A DNA stretch of 64,000 nt from Deltaproteobacteria bacterium HGW-Deltaproteobacteria-22 (GTDB taxonomy: Bacteria; Myxococcota_A; Polyangia; HGW-17). The notes beneath the pieces are model-generated. The model did not search any database. It was not told the origin of the DNA and saw only the letters and a list, made by a program, of their open reading frames with translations. The stretch covers positions 3,107-67,106 of the forward strand of contig PHAZ01000001.1 in assembly GCA_002841825.1 (NCBI GenBank). Direction: 5' to 3'. Positions 61,701-64,000 of the stretch are shown here, one piece after another. Positions within the stretch are counted from its first letter, which is position 1. The number at the start of each line of letters is the position of its first letter. The position numbers were made by a program, and so were the translations under genes.

Positions 61701-62537
61701 TCGTGAGAAATCGTCAATCCCCGCCTGCCTCGTGTAGTCTGCGATCTCTCGATCGTCCTTGCTGGCCCACTCCCAGTTCAACAAGCGATTCGCGAGTATG
61801 TAGAAGTTCGGATCATCGTTCGGTCGCGCCAGTGCGCTGAGCTTCCTAGCGAGTAGATCGGGCCGCACGCGGTCATAGAACTGGCGTAGGTCCGAGTGGA
61901 CGATGATGATTCGATTGCCTGCATCCCTTGAGACTTCCTCGGCGACAGTCTCGGGTCGCGCCAGAAAGCTTCGATAGTCTTGGTAGTGGGCGCGATAGAG
62001 TTTTCCTGAACCCCAGCGGTGAAGAAGCGAGCCACCAGCGTTGTCGCAAAACAAACGGTTGCCGTAGGAGATAACTTGATTGCGTACCACCGTATCTGTG
62101 ATTTGACCGCGAGGGTCACCCTGTAGCGTCTCGACCCTATCAGCGATGCACATCATCACGGCGGTGGCTGCCACTTGGTCGCTGAGGCTTGCGTGCGCCA
62201 ATGGACGCAGCGTGGTGCCCGGGCGTTTCGTATCCTGCGGGGTCCTTCGAACTGGGACTGGTTCCCAGCGCTTGGAGATCGAATTCACCTGCCAATGCTG
62301 ACTCTTGGGCGCCGGTACTATTCGCAGCGGATCGCTACACCACCTCTCAGGCGCCGCGAGACGTTCGGCCAGCTCGCCCAAAAAACGAGGGAGGTTAATC
62401 GCAGTCCGATCCAGTTCCAGCGTGTCAGAAAACCAATTGTGATACCGGATGTAAGAAGCCGTCTTCTTCCATGCTTGGACGAGGACAACCTCTTCGCGGA
62501 GTAGCTCAAGGTGCGGTCCAAGAACGTCGTTTGTCAT
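58767..62537 (-). CDS. Reverse transcriptase-nitrilase fusion protein (defence-associated RT, DRT type 1 / UG1-like)
   Basis: RT motif A IIIVHSDLRQFYDRV. Motif B-prime VALPQGLVASGFFANVVL. Motif C YVDD. Long helical middle region. C-terminal carbon-nitrogen hydrolase domain (LILPEL ... AAVCYDATD candidate E/C of the catalytic triad). 1256 aa. Confidence 0.75.
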   Translation of the reverse strand: MTNDVLGPHLELLREEVVLVQAWKKTASYIRYHNWFSDTLELDRTAINLPRFLGELAERLAAPERWCSDPLRIVPAPKSQHWQVNSISKRWEPVPVRRTPQDTKRPGTTLRPLAHASLSDQVAATAVMMCIADRVETLQGDPRGQITDTVVRNQVISYGNRLFCDNAGGSLLHRWGSGKLYRAHYQDYRSFLARPETVAEEVSRDAGNRIIIVHSDLRQFYDRVRPDLLARKLSALARPNDDPNFYILANRLLNWEWASKDDREIADYTRQAGIDDFSRVALPQGLVASGFFANVVLLDFDQGLRETVSQEIEPGVVVKDVCRYVDDLRIVLGVTEKKTLPDIEQLSTKWLQELLDEQAHGLQVSAEKTRAANFGGDERPLVRQSRKMARIQGAISGGFDAIGGEDILNAVQGLIQSQQRYSAQRIDGQSWAFAPVTDVLDATVERFAAARFRSTYRSLRPLLADRVEPDTSVEVYANEDAASRAGVARTQSELDDEARSFALGLIESWVEDPSNVRLLRIGLDLWPAEVVLQSVLDLLRPFTVKGGHRGAPRRVAWYCLSEVLRAGATETGFVETGEPMPKGIDIDAYRKLLRQEAVRLAELPPAALPWYLRQQAFLYLAANDPKDAPVQRGGTNPETKHYRELIRFLRNEGDRIKGGDFSTLAVLARRSFCGRETAIELVRDGVTSSRLEQIGERDPSFALEILESRPDLAASVTPRLRDDLCLRLRAGAESGMSLAEIVLQGTPNGSLRNELAVLRFASKFLKALPEAAMDDVITPEDVRIRVQDSAKGLSEKDTVSVASSRVTPAGSMYRPPRWCPADKRWRFQLGYLLRFILTARQDFTKIVRPPSWKETATTYRAAESHWYQRLYGLFNGHSAFGDDWLPISDWIEQLLFSLLRWPGCQISEMDRQTEGGVLALLALIEERQSKLDRMQGGSSGVLLLPFNTSRPDGKKKTRPLRACVVQTVTPTSSDIITAAAVDDLSLSERGIRKTHRNHLSAALAAIERMLDLRETHMGLDGRLDWLILPELAVHPLDVKTHLIPFARKHRAIILAGLTYQELFAGQPLVNSAIWIMPTWSAAHGLQTLIRRQGKHHLAAGETKLNNPKVVVQGWRPCQWLVGYDWSSMLADPPLWLTAAVCYDATDLALAADLRHHSDVFAIPALNRDVGTFDQMALALHYHMFQYVVIANNGEYGGSNAYHPWGKEYQRQMFHLHGQPQASVAFFEINNIDHVIARRIKALAPESPWKSPPAGLG

Positions 62538-62604
62538 GAGGACAGGCTACCGCTGCGGTTGGGGGACAACTGGCTGGGTGCCATGGAACCGACCGCCTGT
62601 GGCT

Positions 62605-62790
62605 TCATGACTCGCGACCCATTACCTCAACGAACTCCGCGACCACCTGCAGCTCCCCCTCATTCACGCCGGTGAGAATGATCGGCTTGAAGTTGGGGTT
62701 CACCGGCTTCAGCGTGTTCTTCTCGTCCTTCGAGAGCGTGCGCCCCTTGCGGTCCTTGAGCCACTTCTCGCAGAGAGCATAAGCACTCAT
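62605..62790 (-). CDS. Small hypothetical ORF near the right end of the element
   Basis: 61-aa ORF only, no motif recognised. Could be a gene remnant. Confidence 0.2.
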   Translation of the reverse strand: MSAYALCEKWLKDRKGRTLSKDEKNTLKPVNPNFKPIILTGVNEGELQVVAEFVEVMGRES

Positions 62791-63025
62791 AGACGTTTTG
62801 GCCTCCCACGGGTACTATCCCCGAGGGTGCAGCGGAAGTCAAGGTTGAGCATTTTGGGTAAAAAAGGGGTTTACGAGGAGATTTGGCGCCATCGCTTTAC
62901 GTGTTGTTCGCCCATGATTTTCCGCCTCCTCCGCAACTGACCCGCGCGCACCTCCCCGACCGCCGGGGAGCGAAACGTTCACCTGTGACCCGACCCACCT
63001 TCACGTTCCACCCACGTCAGGAAAC

Positions 63026-63044
63026 ATTTCCTTAACTTGGGCGA
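63026..63044. repeat. Right direct repeat (attR candidate), CATTTCCTTAACTTGGGCG
   Basis: Exact copy of 38429-38447. Followed by a second AACTTGGGC half-repeat. Confidence 0.7.
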
Positions 63045-63333
63045 AACTTGGGCCAAAATGAGCCTTTCCTTACACGAATGAGAAAAAATGAGGCTGACAA
63101 CAAGAACTGAGAAAACCCACACGGGACAAGGAAATACGCGAAATTCTCAGGCCGTACGCGGGGTTTTGAAATGGCACATGGATTACCGCGGCCAGTAGAC
63201 CCCCCTCCCATTTTGGGACAGCGGATGCTCCATCAAGTCAAATTCGCCGTTCCATTCGTTGACGGTCCACCACCTGGCTGCTATCGTTTCCGTGATGCGG
63301 CAAGCACGAATCTACATATTGTTAATCAACGCG

Positions 63334-64000
63334 ATGGTTGCATGGATGGCCCTGGGAACGGCCTGTGGGCAGACGACGTCCTCAGGGACCGGCCCTATGA
63401 CCAATATCCCGGGTGGGCCGTGGCTCAAAATTCACACACCAACGCCCGATGACCTGCTTGATGTGTGGGAAGATGGCCATGGTATCGTATGGGCCGTCGG
63501 GCGCTTTGGCACCGTGTTGCGATGTGATGGTGCACGGGTTGAGAGGGTCGATCTGGGCCACCACGGTGTGGATTTTCAGGCCATTCACGGCTCGTCACCG
63601 GAGGATATCTGGATCGTCGGCGACGAAGGCGTTGTCCTGCATTTCAATGGTGCTGACTGGGTGGAACGTCCGATCACCTCGCACGTCAGGTGGCTGATGG
63701 ACGTATGGGTGACCCCGGGCGGGAATGTCTGGGCCGTGGGCTCTGCCTACGAATACGTGGACGATGGTAGCGGGTTCTACCCGGTGGCTCATCTGTGGGA
63801 CGGCGCCCAGTGGAACTACACGCCGCTGCCTGAATCCGTCAGAGACACAGACCGACGGACCAAGTGCACCCAGCTTGAAGCCGTTCATGGCACCGACGGC
63901 GATCTCTATGCGGTGGGAACGGCCGGGGGGCTGTTTCACCATGACGGTTCGGAGTGGAGCTCTTTGGACTCGGGGGTCGACTACTACCTTTTCGATGTCT
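63334..64000 (+). CDS. Beta-propeller repeat protein (Ycf48/BNR-like), N-terminal part; continues beyond the window
   Basis: ATG at 63334 preceded by an in-frame stop. Open to the window end. Repeated V/I-W-A-V-G...G...DG units (VWAVGRFGTVLRCDG, IWIVGDEGVVLHFNG, VWAVGSAYEYVDDGSG, LYAVGTAGGLFHHDG). N-terminal signal-like MVAWMALGTAC. Confidence 0.45.
   Translation, partial: MVAWMALGTACGQTTSSGTGPMTNIPGGPWLKIHTPTPDDLLDVWEDGHGIVWAVGRFGTVLRCDGARVERVDLGHHGVDFQAIHGSSPEDIWIVGDEGVVLHFNGADWVERPITSHVRWLMDVWVTPGGNVWAVGSAYEYVDDGSGFYPVAHLWDGAQWNYTPLPESVRDTDRRTKCTQLEAVHGTDGDLYAVGTAGGLFHHDGSEWSSLDSGVDYYLFDV

Larger units (their letters stand above)
38428..63044. mobile_element. About 24.6 kb integrative element / genomic (defence) island bounded by 19-bp direct repeats
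   Basis: Flanking exact direct repeats. Terminal tyrosine integrase. Excisionase-like HTH. P4-type primase/helicase. DUF932. R-M and RT defence cargo. An AT-rich internal segment. Confidence 0.7.

Overview
Moderately to very GC-rich chromosomal segment from an unidentified bacterium. It is lipoprotein-rich and full of short in-frame tandem repeats, which I infer is Myxococcota- or delta-proteobacteria-like. Positions 1-38.4 kb look like core chromosome, almost all on the minus strand. They hold a complete type II secretion operon (gspC-D-E-F-G-H-I-J; gspJ runs off the window edge), then rsmA/ksgA, a giant zinc-ribbon/TM/TPR repeat protein, a lower-GC block with dnaN-recF, a secreted protein and an ABC exporter, glmS, an FAH-family hydrolase, serS, a TPR lipoprotein, an MshEN-GAF-HEAT protein, a RodZ-like HTH protein, mgtE, recO, a Cys-rich-repeat lipoprotein, glgX, a beta-propeller lipoprotein, and two envelope proteins. 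Positions 38.43-63.04 kb are a roughly 24.6 kb integrative element bounded by a 19-bp exact direct repeat (CATTTCCTTAACTTGGGCG) and carrying a tyrosine integrase at its left end. Its cargo is dominated by defence genes. There is an SNF2 helicase / DUF4391 / type III Mod / small RhuM-like ORF / type III Res cluster. There is an AT-rich module of small secreted and membrane peptides. There is a stand-alone Cas4-like PD-(D/E)xK nuclease, a DUF932 protein, and a 1256-aa reverse transcriptase-nitrilase fusion (DRT type 1/UG1-like) translationally coupled to a small unrecognised and possibly frameshifted ORF. The element also has xis, a paralogous pair of small proteins and a P4-type primase/helicase. 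After the right repeat a beta-propeller gene begins and runs off the window. No rRNA, tRNA or CRISPR array was recognised. Many long ORFs in the track are antisense artefacts of high-GC coding DNA.
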